Shown: one piece after another, positions 17,609 to 27,087 of the stretch
Layout of the letters: the number at the start of each line of letters is the position of its first letter
Position numbering within the stretch: the stretch's first letter is position 1
NCBI GenBank assembly: GCA_038211705.1
Contig: JBBQVJ010000001.1
Location: 1-59,756, forward strand
Direction: 5' to 3'
From: Candidatus Limnocylindrales bacterium
GTDB taxonomy: Bacteria > Chloroflexota > Limnocylindria > Limnocylindrales > CSP1-4
Length of the DNA: 59,756 nucleotides
The notes under the pieces: model-generated
Database searches by the model: none
The model's input: only the letters and a program-made list of their open reading frames with translations
Told to the model about the DNA's origin: nothing
Translations under genes and position numbers: made by a program

Positions 17609-18847
17609 TCAACCAGCGATCAGCCCGAGCTCTCGCCCGACCCGGTCGAAGGCGCCCAGCGCGAGGTCGAGCTGCTCATTCGCATGGGCGGCGGTGACGA
17701 TCGTCCGCAGCCGCGACTTGTCGATCGCGACGGTCGGGAAAACGACCGGCTGGGCGAAGACGCCCTCCTCGATGAGTCGATCGCTGAAGCGGCCAGCGGT
17801 GTCCGGGTCGCCCATCATGACCGGCGTGATCGGCGTCTCGGAGACGCCCGTGTCGAACCCCAGCCGCGTCAGCTCCGTCTTGAAGTAGCGGGTGTTCGCC
17901 CACAGCCGCTCCTGGAGCTGCGGCTCCTCGCACATGACCCGGATCGCTTCGCGACAGGCCTCCACCACGGCCGGTGGGTGGGACGTGGAGAACAGGAACG
18001 GCCTCGAGCGCTGGGTGAGGATCTCGCGCAGCGCCTGGGACCCAGCGACGTACCCGCCGAGCGAGCCGACCGCCTTGGACAGGGTCCCGACCTGGATCGC
18101 CACCCGGCCGTGGAGCCCGAAATGGTCGACCGACCCGCGCCCGTCCCGCCCAAGGACGCCGCTCGCGTGGGCGTCGTCGACCATCACGGCGGCGCCGAAC
18201 GATTCGGCCGCCTCGACGATCCCGGGGAGTGGCGCGATGTCGCCATCCATCGAGAAGACTCCGTCGGTGACGACCAGGATCAGGCGCCACTCCCCGCCGC
18301 CAGGCCGGCCCGTCTCGCGAGCCTCGCCCAGGATCTCCCGGAGTGCCTCGACGTCGGCGTGGGGATAGACCTTGCGCGGTGCCTTCGATAGCCGCATGCC
18401 GTCGATGATCGACGCGTGGTTGAGCGCATCCGAGACGATCAAGTCGGTCTCGCCCGTGATGGTCGGGAGGACGCCCGTATTGGCCGAGAACCCAGACTGG
18501 AAGGTCAGGACCGCGGGCGTGCCCTTGAACTCGGCCAGTTCCGCCTCGAGCGCCTCGTGGATCGACATCGTGCCGGCGATCGTCCGGACCGCCCCACTTC
18601 CCGCGCCGAACTCGCGCACCGCCGCCTCCGCGGCCGCACAGACCCGCGGGTGGTGGGTCAGCCCCAGGTAGTCGTTGGAGGAGAGGCTGATCAGCCGCCG
18701 ATCGTCGATCGAGACGATCGGGCCCTGCGCGGAAGACATCACGCGGAGCGCCCGGTACAGGTGCCGCTCGCGCAGGGCGGCAACCTCGTCGGCGAGGAAG
18801 GCGAGGGGGTCGGGGCGACCGGCCGGACCGGGTCGCGAAGCGGTCAT
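17609..18847 (-). CDS. kbl: 2-amino-3-ketobutyrate CoA ligase (glycine C-acetyltransferase)
   Basis: Class II aminotransferase motifs ([22 protein letters not shown]). Immediately downstream of tdh with an ATGA overlap if Met4 (18847) is the start. Confidence 0.85.
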   Translation of the reverse strand: MTASRPGPAGRPDPLAFLADEVAALRERHLYRALRVMSSAQGPIVSIDDRRLISLSSNDYLGLTHHPRVCAAAEAAVREFGAGSGAVRTIAGTMSIHEALEAELAEFKGTPAVLTFQSGFSANTGVLPTITGETDLIVSDALNHASIIDGMRLSKAPRKVYPHADVEALREILGEARETGRPGGGEWRLILVVTDGVFSMDGDIAPLPGIVEAAESFGAAVMVDDAHASGVLGRDGRGSVDHFGLHGRVAIQVGTLSKAVGSLGGYVAGSQALREILTQRSRPFLFSTSHPPAVVEACREAIRVMCEEPQLQERLWANTRYFKTELTRLGFDTGVSETPITPVMMGDPDTAGRFSDRLIEEGVFAQPVVFPTVAIDKSRLRTIVTAAHANEQLDLALGAFDRVGRELGLIAG

Positions 18848-19872
18848 GACGTCCAATCCATGATGACCTTGCCGGAATCGCCGGCGCGTGCCGCGGCGAA
18901 CGCGGCCTCGAACTCGCGGAACCCGAACCGATGGGTGATGGCCGGCGTGATGTCGAGCCCCGACTGGAGCATGACCGTCATCTTGTACCAGGTCTCGTAC
19001 ATCTCGCGACCGTAGATGCCACGCAGGGTCAGCATCTTGAACACGATGGCGTTGACATCGATCGCGATCTCCTCGGTCGGGATGCCCAGGATCGCGATCC
19101 CGCCGCCGTGCGCCATGGATCCGATCGCCGCGCGAAGCGCCGCCGGGTTGCCTGACATCTCGAGCGCGACATCGAAGCCCTCGACCATGTCGAGCTCGGC
19201 GAAGGTGGACTCGAGGGTCCGCTCGAGGGGGTCGATGGCCAGCGTGGCGCCCATCCGGTTCGCCAGCTCGCGGCGATAGGCGTTCGGCTCACTGACGACA
19301 ACATGTCGGGCGCCGGCGTGGCGCGCGACCGCCGTCGCCATCAGCCCGATCGGGCCGGCGCCCGACACCAGGACGTCCTCGCCGAGCAACGGGAAGGCGA
19401 GCGCGGTATGGACCGCGTTGCCGAACGGGTCGAAGATCGCGGCGACCTCCTCGTCGACGCCCGGCCAGTGATGCCAGACGTTGGTCATCGGCAGGACCAC
19501 GTACTCCGCGAATGCGCCGTCGCGTCCCACGCCGAGCCCGATCGTGTTGGCACACAGGTGACGGCGACCGGCCAGACAGTGGCGGCACCGGCCGCAGACG
19601 ACGTGGCCCTCGCCCGAGACGAGGTCGCCCGGCGCGAAATCGACGACGTTGCTGCCGATCTCCACGATCTCGCCGACGAACTCGTGTCCGACGACGAGCG
19701 GGGGATGGATCGTCTTGGCGGCCCACGCATCCCAGCCCTCGATGTGGAGGTCGGTGCCGCAGACGCCCGTCTTGTGGACGCGGATGAGGATGTCATTGAT
19801 GCCGATGGCCGGCATCGGGACCTCGCGCAGCTCGAGGCCCAGTCGCGGTCCGGTCTTGACTAGGGCGAGCAT
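18844..19872 (-). CDS. tdh: L-threonine 3-dehydrogenase
   Basis: Zn-ADH motifs [18 protein letters not shown] and [25 protein letters not shown] site. Paired with kbl. Confidence 0.9.
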   Translation of the reverse strand: MLALVKTGPRLGLELREVPMPAIGINDILIRVHKTGVCGTDLHIEGWDAWAAKTIHPPLVVGHEFVGEIVEIGSNVVDFAPGDLVSGEGHVVCGRCRHCLAGRRHLCANTIGLGVGRDGAFAEYVVLPMTNVWHHWPGVDEEVAAIFDPFGNAVHTALAFPLLGEDVLVSGAGPIGLMATAVARHAGARHVVVSEPNAYRRELANRMGATLAIDPLERTLESTFAELDMVEGFDVALEMSGNPAALRAAIGSMAHGGGIAILGIPTEEIAIDVNAIVFKMLTLRGIYGREMYETWYKMTVMLQSGLDITPAITHRFGFREFEAAFAAARAGDSGKVIMDWTS

Positions 19873-19895
19873 CGGTCAGTCCGTTCCGTGGGCCA

Positions 19896-20861
19896 TCAGT
19901 GTTTGCCCAACAGGTCGTCGAGCTCGAAGTCGCCGACGATACCGATCTCATCGGGGTCATCGATGGCATCGATCCAGTCGATGACCGGGTTCTCGACCGA
20001 CCCGATCCCTTCGACCTCGCAACGGACGCGATCGCCCGGCTCGAGGAAGATCGGCGGGTCGCGGAAGGCACCGACCCCGGCCGGCGTGCCGGTGGCGATG
20101 ATGTCGCCCGGCTCGAGCGTGATCGAGCGGCTGATGATCTCGATCAGCTCGGCCACGCCCCAGATCATGTCCGACGTGTTGGCGTCCTGCATCAGGACCT
20201 CGCGGCCAGCATCGGCGCCCACGCCCGGGGTCCGCCACGAGCGAATCCTGAGGACCTGGGGGTCCGGGATCTCGTCGGCGGTCACGAACACCGAACCCAT
20301 CGGCAGGAACGTGTCCGAGCCCTTGGCCCGCAGCCACTGGCCGTCACCGACCTCGCCCTCAGCGAGGGCCGACGGGATGCCCTGCCAGTCGCGGGCACTG
20401 ACGTCGTTGACGACCACGTAGCCGGCGACGTGGTCGAGCGCGTCCGCCCGGGCGACGCGGCGCGCGGTCGAGCCGATGACGACGCCGAGCTCGACCTCGA
20501 GATCGAGAGCATGTGTGCCCTCCGGTCGGACGATCGCCTCGCCATCGGCGATCACCGCATTGGCGAACTTCGAGAACAGGAGCGGGCGCGTCGGCAGTGG
20601 ACGACCGCCCTCGGTGGCGTGCTCCCGGTAATTCAAGCCGACGCACACGATCTTGCCCGGGGCGATGATCGGCGTGATGAGCTCGAGCTCGTCGATCGGC
20701 AGGCCCGCGGCACCATGGAGGGCCGTCGCCCGCCGGCGCAGGTCGTCGAGCGCCTCGCGATCGACGTCGAACCCGGCGAAGTCGATGAGCGGGATGACCC
20801 GTGCACCGACCACGATGCCGCTGCCAGCATCGTCAGGCCCGAAGTACGAGACGAGGCGCAT
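19896..20861 (-). CDS. Fumarylacetoacetate hydrolase (FAH) family protein
   Basis: KIVCVGLNYREH..EVELGVVIG..NDVSARDWQ..IATGTPAGVG. Confidence 0.85.
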   Translation of the reverse strand: MRLVSYFGPDDAGSGIVVGARVIPLIDFAGFDVDREALDDLRRRATALHGAAGLPIDELELITPIIAPGKIVCVGLNYREHATEGGRPLPTRPLLFSKFANAVIADGEAIVRPEGTHALDLEVELGVVIGSTARRVARADALDHVAGYVVVNDVSARDWQGIPSALAEGEVGDGQWLRAKGSDTFLPMGSVFVTADEIPDPQVLRIRSWRTPGVGADAGREVLMQDANTSDMIWGVAELIEIISRSITLEPGDIIATGTPAGVGAFRDPPIFLEPGDRVRCEVEGIGSVENPVIDWIDAIDDPDEIGIVGDFELDDLLGKH

Positions 20862-20876
20862 CGACCGATGGCTCGA

Positions 20877-21932
20877 TCAGCTCGGCGCGGGCGCGGCGCT
20901 CGCGCTCGGGGCGGCGCTCGCGCTCGGTGCGACCGGCACGGCCGAGTCGGTCGGGGCCGCCGGGGTCGCCACCGGCGCCTGGCATTGCGGCTCCGGGTTC
21001 GTTCGCTCGCCCCACTGGTTCCAGAAGGCCAGGATCTGGACCTGATCGAGGGTGTCGAGCGGAAGGACACGACCCCACAGGATCGCCTGGAACGGTGTGC
21101 TCATCTGGTCGAATCGAGCGATGACCGGACCGACGGCGCCCTTGATGGTGCCGCACGCCGGACCCGGCGGGAAGCTGTCGTAGAAGGCGCGGAGCTGCTC
21201 CTGACCGGCGGGTGTGGCGCCCTCACTGGTGCCCTGGTAGAGCAGCACCAGCCCACCATGCTCCAGGTTGTGGATCCAACCCTGCGGGTTGACGTTGTCA
21301 CTCGGGCCGTAGGCGCGGGCCGGGATCGGACCGTTGCCCGACGCGTTGTAATGCGAACCCGAGGCCGGCGCGCAGTACGTAAAGGTCACCTTCTGGCCGA
21401 CGGCGACATGGTCGCGACCCATGTCGGGCTGGACGTAGCCGAGGTTGGGCGTGGCACTGGGCGCGGGCGTCGGGGTTGCCTTGGGTGTCCAGATCGTCGA
21501 GCAGGCGTAGGTCGGCTGGGCGGCGGAGAAGAAGACGAAGGCGGACAGGAGCGCCACGCCGACGACCGCGGCGACCACGACGATGGCCGTCCGATAGCGC
21601 TCGAAGAAGGTCGGCTGGTACATCGCTCGCTGTCGTTCGCGGCGGCCATGCCGGCTGGCCGGTGGGCGGCCGCCGGCGCCGGTCGGGCGGGGCGTGCCGG
21701 GACGGACGTTGCTGCCACCCGGGCGCGTGCCACTAGCGGGCGTGCCGGGCGTGCCGGGCGCCCGGGGAGCGGCCGAGGCCTGGCCGGCGGCGGCGGCGCC
21801 GACGGCGGACGCATCCGTGCCCGCCGGATCGCTCGGGGGCGTGGCGGGCGGCTTCGGTGCCGGCGGATCGGGCGGGCGGTTGGTCGCGGGTCGGTTGCCG
21901 GGTCGCTGGCGCCGGCGGTTGGCTTTGCTCAC
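20877..21932 (-). CDS. DUF3105-like membrane-anchored protein
   Basis: Pro/Arg-rich N-terminus, TM AIVVVAAVVGVALLSAFVFF, and conserved HNLEHGGLVLLY..ILWGRVL block. Confidence 0.75.
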   Translation of the reverse strand: MSKANRRRQRPGNRPATNRPPDPPAPKPPATPPSDPAGTDASAVGAAAAGQASAAPRAPGTPGTPASGTRPGGSNVRPGTPRPTGAGGRPPASRHGRRERQRAMYQPTFFERYRTAIVVVAAVVGVALLSAFVFFSAAQPTYACSTIWTPKATPTPAPSATPNLGYVQPDMGRDHVAVGQKVTFTYCAPASGSHYNASGNGPIPARAYGPSDNVNPQGWIHNLEHGGLVLLYQGTSEGATPAGQEQLRAFYDSFPPGPACGTIKGAVGPVIARFDQMSTPFQAILWGRVLPLDTLDQVQILAFWNQWGERTNPEPQCQAPVATPAAPTDSAVPVAPSASAAPSASAAPAPS

Positions 21933-22026
21933 GTCATTGCCTCGATGTCGGTTGACGGGGTCGGATGCGGTTCGTTGAGGGTACCGTCCCGGGCCGGCTT
22001 CGTGCCGACGGCGGTCCAGGCGGCCA

Positions 22027-22512
22027 TCACGGCTCGTTGAGGTAGTCGCGAACCTCGGGGCGCAGGAGCCCGCGGAACAGGAGCAGGCCGAGGGCCGTGA
22101 TGAACACCGCTTCGACGAGCAGGCGGCTCAACGCCAGCAGCGGGACGAGCGGGATGGTGAGGCTGGCAAGACCGAGGGCCAGCGCGCGGGCGGCCTGCTT
22201 GCGCTGGAGGACGAGGGTGGTGGTGAAGATCGTGTAGGCGAGCAGGACCATGACCACGACGCCCTCGAGGCTGACCGGCGCCGAGATGGCCAGGTCGACG
22301 ACCGAGCGCAGGCTGAGGCCGATGCCGGCCAGGATCAGCAGCGCGTAGGCAAGGAACAGGCGGATGCCGCCGGGCATCTCGCGAAGGCGGGTGAGCATCG
22401 GGCGTGCATCGTAGCCGACGTCGGGCGAGCGGCCCGCGCGCGAGGCCGCGGACTTTGCGCGCGAGGCCGCGGACCGTGCCCGTCGCGCGAGGCCGCCCCG
22501 CCGCGCGGGCAC
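22027..22512 (-). CDS. Small integral membrane protein (3-4 TM)
   Basis: Hydrophobic core from MLTRLREMPGGIRLFLAYALLILAGIGL. The start is ambiguous: GTG at 22512 has high GC3 and an Arg-rich repeat tail; ATG at 22398 is the alternative. Confidence 0.6.
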   Translation of the reverse strand: MPARRGGLARRARSAASRAKSAASRAGRSPDVGYDARPMLTRLREMPGGIRLFLAYALLILAGIGLSLRSVVDLAISAPVSLEGVVVMVLLAYTIFTTTLVLQRKQAARALALGLASLTIPLVPLLALSRLLVEAVFITALGLLLFRGLLRPEVRDYLNEP

Positions 22513-22616
22513 GAGCCCCCGGCCGTCCGAAGTGCACGGACCGGTCCCGCTCTCGCCCAGACCGAAGGCGTTGCCCGGACCAAAGCCCTCGCCCCTGGGA
22601 CTCTGGTGGCTTCCAT

Positions 22617-22774
22617 TTGGTCAAATGCCCATGGGGGGACTCTTAGGCACGGAAACCGTCCGGATTCGCATCGTTGGGAGGTCCAGACGATGCCGCGTGA
22701 GCGTGGACCTGGCCGATCCGGGCCAGGAATCGGGCGCACGCGCTGCCTAAGAGTCCCCAGGTGGGTATCTGTCA
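22617..22774. mobile_element. MITE-like inverted-repeat element, copy A
   Basis: ~30-bp imperfect terminal inverted repeats (TTGGTCAAATGCCCATGGGGGGACTCTTAGGCA / TGCCTAAGAGTCCCCAGGTGGGTATCTGTCA). Homologous to 28979..29135. Confidence 0.55.
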
Positions 22775-22794
22775 GGGAGCCGCCGCCAACGTTC

Positions 22795-22840
22795 TTGACA
22801 TTGATCCCTCGCGCTGGCTATCGTCGGCTAAACCGGTTTA
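22795..22840 (+). promoter_or_regulatory. Candidate sigma-70 promoter plus LacI-type operator of the LacI-GH13 operon
   Basis: TTGACA (22795-22800), an 18-nt spacer, TATCGT (22819-22824), then the perfect palindrome TAAACCGGTTTA (22829-22840) centred on CG. Confidence 0.45.
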
Positions 22841-22889
22841 CCCGGGCAACGCACAACCGCGAGCGCCGGACCGCGGGCAGACCGCGCTC

Positions 22890-23969
22890 GTGACGCTCGT
22901 ACGGGAGAGCCGATTGGAGCAACGGACCATCCGACCGCGCATCGCCGACGTCGCCCGCGAGGCCGGCGTCTCGAAGACCGCCGTGTCGTTCGCGTTCAAC
23001 AGCCCGGATCGCCTCTCGCCCGAGACGGCCAGCCGGATCCGGGTGGTGGCCGAGCAACTGGGCTACACGCCACACCCGGTCGCGCGGATGCTGACACAGC
23101 GTCAGACCCTCACGATCGGGGTGCTGACGCCGCAGGCGCTCTCAGTGGTCTTCTCCAACCCGTTCTTCGGCGCCTTCACCGAGGGCGTGGCGACCGTCGC
23201 CGAGGAATCGGGCTACGCCCTCCATTTCATCTCGCCGCTCCACGGGTCGCTTGCTCGCGCGATGAGCCGGGCCACCGTTGATGGCGTGGTGGCGATCGGC
23301 CTGAGCGACGACCATCCCGAGGTCGAGGAGATCCGACGGGCGGGCGTGCCCATCGTCCTGGTCGACTCGACGGCGATGCCCGACCACGGCTCGATCGAGG
23401 TCGACGACGTCGGCGGCGCTCGGGCCGCAGCCGAGCACGTCATCGGCCTTGGCCATCGCGACATCCTGATCATCGGCGTCGAGCCGGCGCTGCCGTCCCG
23501 GACGGTGGACCCGGGTGGCGTGACCGGCCGGCGCCTGCGCGGTTACCGCGAGGCGTTCGCGGCGATCGACATCGACATCCCTGACCAGCGGGTCGTCGTC
23601 GGACCGGCCAGCATCGCCGGCGGCATCGCGGTACTCAACGGCGTCTGGGAGGACGGCCTGCGCCCGACCGCCGTCCTGGCGATGAGCGACGCCATGGCGA
23701 TCGGGGCGATGCGTGCCCTGCGCGACATGCGGCTCACCGTCCCGGGCGACGTCAGCGTCGTCGGATTCGATGACATCGACCTTGCCCAGCACGTGGATCC
23801 CCCGCTCACGACGGTGCATCAACCGATCCGTCGCAAGGGCGAAGAGGCGGTCCGGCTGCTGCTCACGGTCATCGCGGGTCGGGACGTCGCCAGGCCCGAG
23901 CACCGCCGGCTCGCCACGCGCCTCATCGTCCGCGGCTCCACGGGGCCTGTGCGACCATCGCGGGGATGA
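22890..23969 (+). CDS. LacI-family transcriptional regulator
   Basis: HTH IADVAREAGVSKTAVSFAFN and a periplasmic-binding-protein-like core. GTG at 22890 was chosen; the longer ORF start lies inside the repeat element. Confidence 0.85.
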   Translation: MTLVRESRLEQRTIRPRIADVAREAGVSKTAVSFAFNSPDRLSPETASRIRVVAEQLGYTPHPVARMLTQRQTLTIGVLTPQALSVVFSNPFFGAFTEGVATVAEESGYALHFISPLHGSLARAMSRATVDGVVAIGLSDDHPEVEEIRRAGVPIVLVDSTAMPDHGSIEVDDVGGARAAAEHVIGLGHRDILIIGVEPALPSRTVDPGGVTGRRLRGYREAFAAIDIDIPDQRVVVGPASIAGGIAVLNGVWEDGLRPTAVLAMSDAMAIGAMRALRDMRLTVPGDVSVVGFDDIDLAQHVDPPLTTVHQPIRRKGEEAVRLLLTVIAGRDVARPEHRRLATRLIVRGSTGPVRPSRG

Positions 23970-25468
23970 CGGTCGACACACCCGCCTGGGTCCGGGATGC
24001 GATCTTCTACCAGATCTTCCCGGACCGGTTCGCCGCCAGCCAGCGCGTCCACAAGCCGGGCGTCCTCGAACCCTGGGATTCGCCGCCGACGATGCACGGC
24101 TTCAAGGGTGGCGACCTGCGCGGGATCGCCGAGCGGCTCGACTATCTCGAGGACCTGGGCATCACCGCCATCTACCTGACACCGATCTTCAGCTCGGCCT
24201 CGAACCATCGCTACCACACCTACGACTACTTCGAGGTCGACCCGCTGCTCGGCGGCGACGACGCCCTGCGCGAGTTACTGGACGCCGCGCACGGGCGCGG
24301 CATGCGGGTCGTCCTCGACGGCGTCTTCAACCACACCGGGCGCGGCTTCTTTCCGTTCCACCATGTCATGGAGACCGGCGCCCAGTCGCCGTATCGCGCC
24401 TGGTTCCACATCGATGACGCCAGGCTCGACGCCGGTCGCCCGTTGCTCGCCTACCCGTCGCCCGGCACACCGCCATCGGAGTTCGGCTACAAGGCGTGGT
24501 GGGGCCTGCCGGCCCTGCCCAAGCTCAACACCGACAACCTCGAAGTGCGCGAGTACCTGTTCACCGTCGCCGAGCACTGGCTCCGCTTCGGGATCGACGG
24601 CTGGCGGCTGGACGTCCCGGGCGAGATCGACGACGAGGCGTTCTGGCAGGAATTCCGCGGCCGCTGCCGGGCGATCCGCCGAGACGCCTACCTCGTCGGC
24701 GAGATCTGGCGGGTGGCGCCGGAGTGGCTGCGCGGCGACCGATTCGACGCCTTGATGAACTACCCGCTCGGCGAGGCGATCCTGGGCTTCGCGGGCGGAT
24801 CGCACCTCGACATGGGCGTGGTCAGCACGCATCACGAGTACCGGCTGTGGGTGCGCCCGCTCGACGGACCGGGCTTCGCCGACCGGGTCATGGAGCTCGA
24901 CCGTGCCTACGACCCCGACGTCGTCGCGGTCCAGCTCAACGTCCTCGGCTCGCACGACGCGCCACGCCTGCGGACGGTGCTCGGCGACGATATCGGCAGC
25001 GTCCGGCTGGCGACCCTCCTCCAGGCCACGCTGCCGGGTGCGCCATCGATCTACTACGGCGACGAGATCGGCCTCCAGGGCGGGCACGACCCGGACTGTC
25101 GCCGCGCCTTTCCATGGGACGACGCGCGCTGGGACAGCGGCCTGCGCGATACCGTCCGGGCGCTGCTCCGGCTCCGACGGGCCGAACGGGCGCTCCGGGG
25201 CGGATCGATCGGGATCGTCGGAGCGCGCGGTTCGGCGGTCGCCTACCAGCGCGGTGAGGGGTCGTCGCGTTTCATCGTGGCCGTCAACCCGGGCGACGAG
25301 CCGACCCGCCTGGATCTGCGCTTCGACGGCCCGCACGGGAACCTCGCGGGCCGGCTGGAGCCGATCGACCTGCCCGGGCTGGGCGGCATCGGCGGTGCGC
25401 CAGTCGTCGCCGGGGAGGTCACCATCGAGCTTCCTGCCCGAGCGGGTTCCGTCCTGCGCATCGCCTGA
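23966..25468 (+). CDS. GH13 alpha-amylase-family glycoside hydrolase (neopullulanase/alpha-glucosidase-like)
   Basis: Conserved regions VLDGVFNHTG, GWRLDVPGEI, GEIW and LGSHDAPR. ATGA overlap with the LacI gene. Confidence 0.9.
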   Translation: MTVDTPAWVRDAIFYQIFPDRFAASQRVHKPGVLEPWDSPPTMHGFKGGDLRGIAERLDYLEDLGITAIYLTPIFSSASNHRYHTYDYFEVDPLLGGDDALRELLDAAHGRGMRVVLDGVFNHTGRGFFPFHHVMETGAQSPYRAWFHIDDARLDAGRPLLAYPSPGTPPSEFGYKAWWGLPALPKLNTDNLEVREYLFTVAEHWLRFGIDGWRLDVPGEIDDEAFWQEFRGRCRAIRRDAYLVGEIWRVAPEWLRGDRFDALMNYPLGEAILGFAGGSHLDMGVVSTHHEYRLWVRPLDGPGFADRVMELDRAYDPDVVAVQLNVLGSHDAPRLRTVLGDDIGSVRLATLLQATLPGAPSIYYGDEIGLQGGHDPDCRRAFPWDDARWDSGLRDTVRALLRLRRAERALRGGSIGIVGARGSAVAYQRGEGSSRFIVAVNPGDEPTRLDLRFDGPHGNLAGRLEPIDLPGLGGIGGAPVVAGEVTIELPARAGSVLRIA

Positions 25469-25494
25469 CGGTCCCGAAGGCGGCCCTCGAACGG

Positions 25495-26127
25495 TTGGGT
25501 CATACTCGGCGTCCTGTGGCAGATTTTCCGATCGACCTCGGTGACGGGCTCGCCGAGCAACTGGCCCGTTTCCTCGATGTCGAGGCCAAGATCCCGCGGA
25601 CGTTCGACGCATTGGGCCCCGTGGGAGGGCGTGACGTGCTGCTGGTCGATGGCGCCGATGGGATCCGGGCCCGACAGCTGACCGAGCTCGGCGCGCGGGT
25701 CGCGTTCGCACCGATGAACGGATCCGCCCGGATCGACGCGCCCGATGCGTCGGCCGATGTCCTGGTCAGCCTGTGGGGCCCGTTCCGCGTGGACCTGGAC
25801 CCGATCCTGCGCGAGTCCGTCCGGGTCCTCCGGCCCGGCGGCCGGCTGCTGGTCCTCCACGACTACGGACGCGACGACGTCTCGCGACTTCGGGGCGACC
25901 TGCCCGAGTACGGCCTGCTGAGCCGGCGCGACGGTCCGTTCCTCCGGGGCGGCTTCAAGGTCCGGGTCGTCCATTGCTTCTGGACCTTCGAGTCGACCGA
26001 TGAGGCGGCGACATTCCTGGCCGCCGCGTTCGGCGCGGTCGGGTCGAGCGTCGCGGCTGCGATGAGGCGGCCGAGATTGACGTATAACGTGGCGGTGTAC
26101 CACCAGACCTTCGGAGCGGGCGCATGA
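25495..26127 (+). CDS. Methyltransferase-fold protein with a degenerate SAM motif
   Basis: Rossmann-like VLLVDGADG (in place of GxGxG) and VLRPGGRLLVLH. Confidence 0.55.
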   Translation: MGHTRRPVADFPIDLGDGLAEQLARFLDVEAKIPRTFDALGPVGGRDVLLVDGADGIRARQLTELGARVAFAPMNGSARIDAPDASADVLVSLWGPFRVDLDPILRESVRVLRPGGRLLVLHDYGRDDVSRLRGDLPEYGLLSRRDGPFLRGGFKVRVVHCFWTFESTDEAATFLAAAFGAVGSSVAAAMRRPRLTYNVAVYHQTFGAGA

Positions 26128-26450
26128 CCGACGCGCGGCGTGGCATCTCACCCGGCGCCGTCTTCCTCGCCGTGGCCCTGATCGGGTCGCTCGTCCTGGC
26201 CGTGTATGCCGTCACCGTGCGCGACGCCTCGCAGATCCCGCTGCTGGTGGCCGGCAGCGCCGTCGTGGGGATCGTCTTCATCGCCCTCGCGGCGTTCACC
26301 CTCCGATCGATCTGGCGAGCCGGCATCGCCGGCCGTAACGGACGGGCCCTGGCGCTGGGCTTCGGTGGCGGGCTGGCGGTGATCATCGGCGCCGGATGCC
26401 TGGCGGCCGCGATCATCCTGTTCCTGCTGTCGCAGACGTCCACGTCCTAG
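26124..26450 (+). CDS. Small membrane protein (3 TM)
   Basis: ATGA overlap with the upstream gene. Three hydrophobic helices. Confidence 0.6.
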   Translation: MTDARRGISPGAVFLAVALIGSLVLAVYAVTVRDASQIPLLVAGSAVVGIVFIALAAFTLRSIWRAGIAGRNGRALALGFGGGLAVIIGAGCLAAAIILFLLSQTSTS

Positions 26451-26504
26451 GAGGCCTCGCCGGCTGACGATCCTGGACCCTCTGGTAGACTCCGGCCGTC
26501 CCGT

Positions 26505-26581
26505 GCCCCCATCGTCTAGAGGCCTAGGACGCCACCCTTTCAAGGTGGAGATCAGGGGTTCGAATCCCCTTGGGGGTACCA
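26505..26581 (+). tRNA. tRNA-Glu (anticodon UUC), CCA encoded
   Basis: GCCCCCATCGTCTAGAGG..; anticodon stem CCACC/GGTGG with loop CTTTCAA; T-arm GGGGTTCGAATCCCC; 3' end TGGGGGTACCA. Confidence 0.9.
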
Positions 26582-26623
26582 CTCGCCCGGCCGGCGGTTG
26601 GCCCGCCTGCTACGATCGACGCG

Positions 26624-26977
26624 ATGGAGATCATGGGCATCGACATCCGGACGATCGTCAAGGACAACGTGGCGGTTCGCTGCGATGGCTGCCACGAGAT
26701 CATCACCGGCACCCCATGGCGGGTGAACCTGCTGGACATCGTCGCGGCCGAGTCACCGGTCGCCTGGACGGACCGCCCGACCATCAACCCCGGCCCATTC
26801 CAGTTCCATCCCGACCCGGGCCACGTGCGCAGTTGGATGGCCGGCAAGGGCTTCATGTTCTGTCGCCGTGGCGAGATCCGCGAGATCATGCGCCCGGTGC
26901 GGATCCCGACCGATCCGCCGGCCTGGGGCCTGTGCGACGGCATCCATCGCGACGATCACGAGTTCGTCCCGGCCTGA
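26624..26977 (+). CDS. Hypothetical Cys/His-containing protein (117 aa)
   Basis: Coding-like GC3. CDGCHE..FCRRGE..GLCDGIH are possible metal ligands. I recognise no family. Confidence 0.5.
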   Translation: MEIMGIDIRTIVKDNVAVRCDGCHEIITGTPWRVNLLDIVAAESPVAWTDRPTINPGPFQFHPDPGHVRSWMAGKGFMFCRRGEIREIMRPVRIPTDPPAWGLCDGIHRDDHEFVPA

Positions 26978-26990
26978 CGGAAAACGCGGT

Positions 26991-27020
26991 TTGACACGGC
27001 CGCGTCGGCGCCCATATCCT
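26991..27020 (+). promoter_or_regulatory. Candidate sigma-70 promoter for the MerR-like/membrane-protein operon
   Basis: TTGACA (26991-26996), an 18-nt spacer, TATCCT (27015-27020). Confidence 0.3.
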
Positions 27021-27087
27021 CCCCGCGGCTGAGCAAAACGTCGATACCGAGATTCGCCCAGATTCCAGCGTGCCGATCCCGCCATGT

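Noticed and set aside
19899-22040. 713-aa plus-strand ORF opposite the FAH and DUF3105 genes
   Set aside because: The opposite-strand genes carry clear family motifs. This ORF is Arg/Gly-rich with no motifs.
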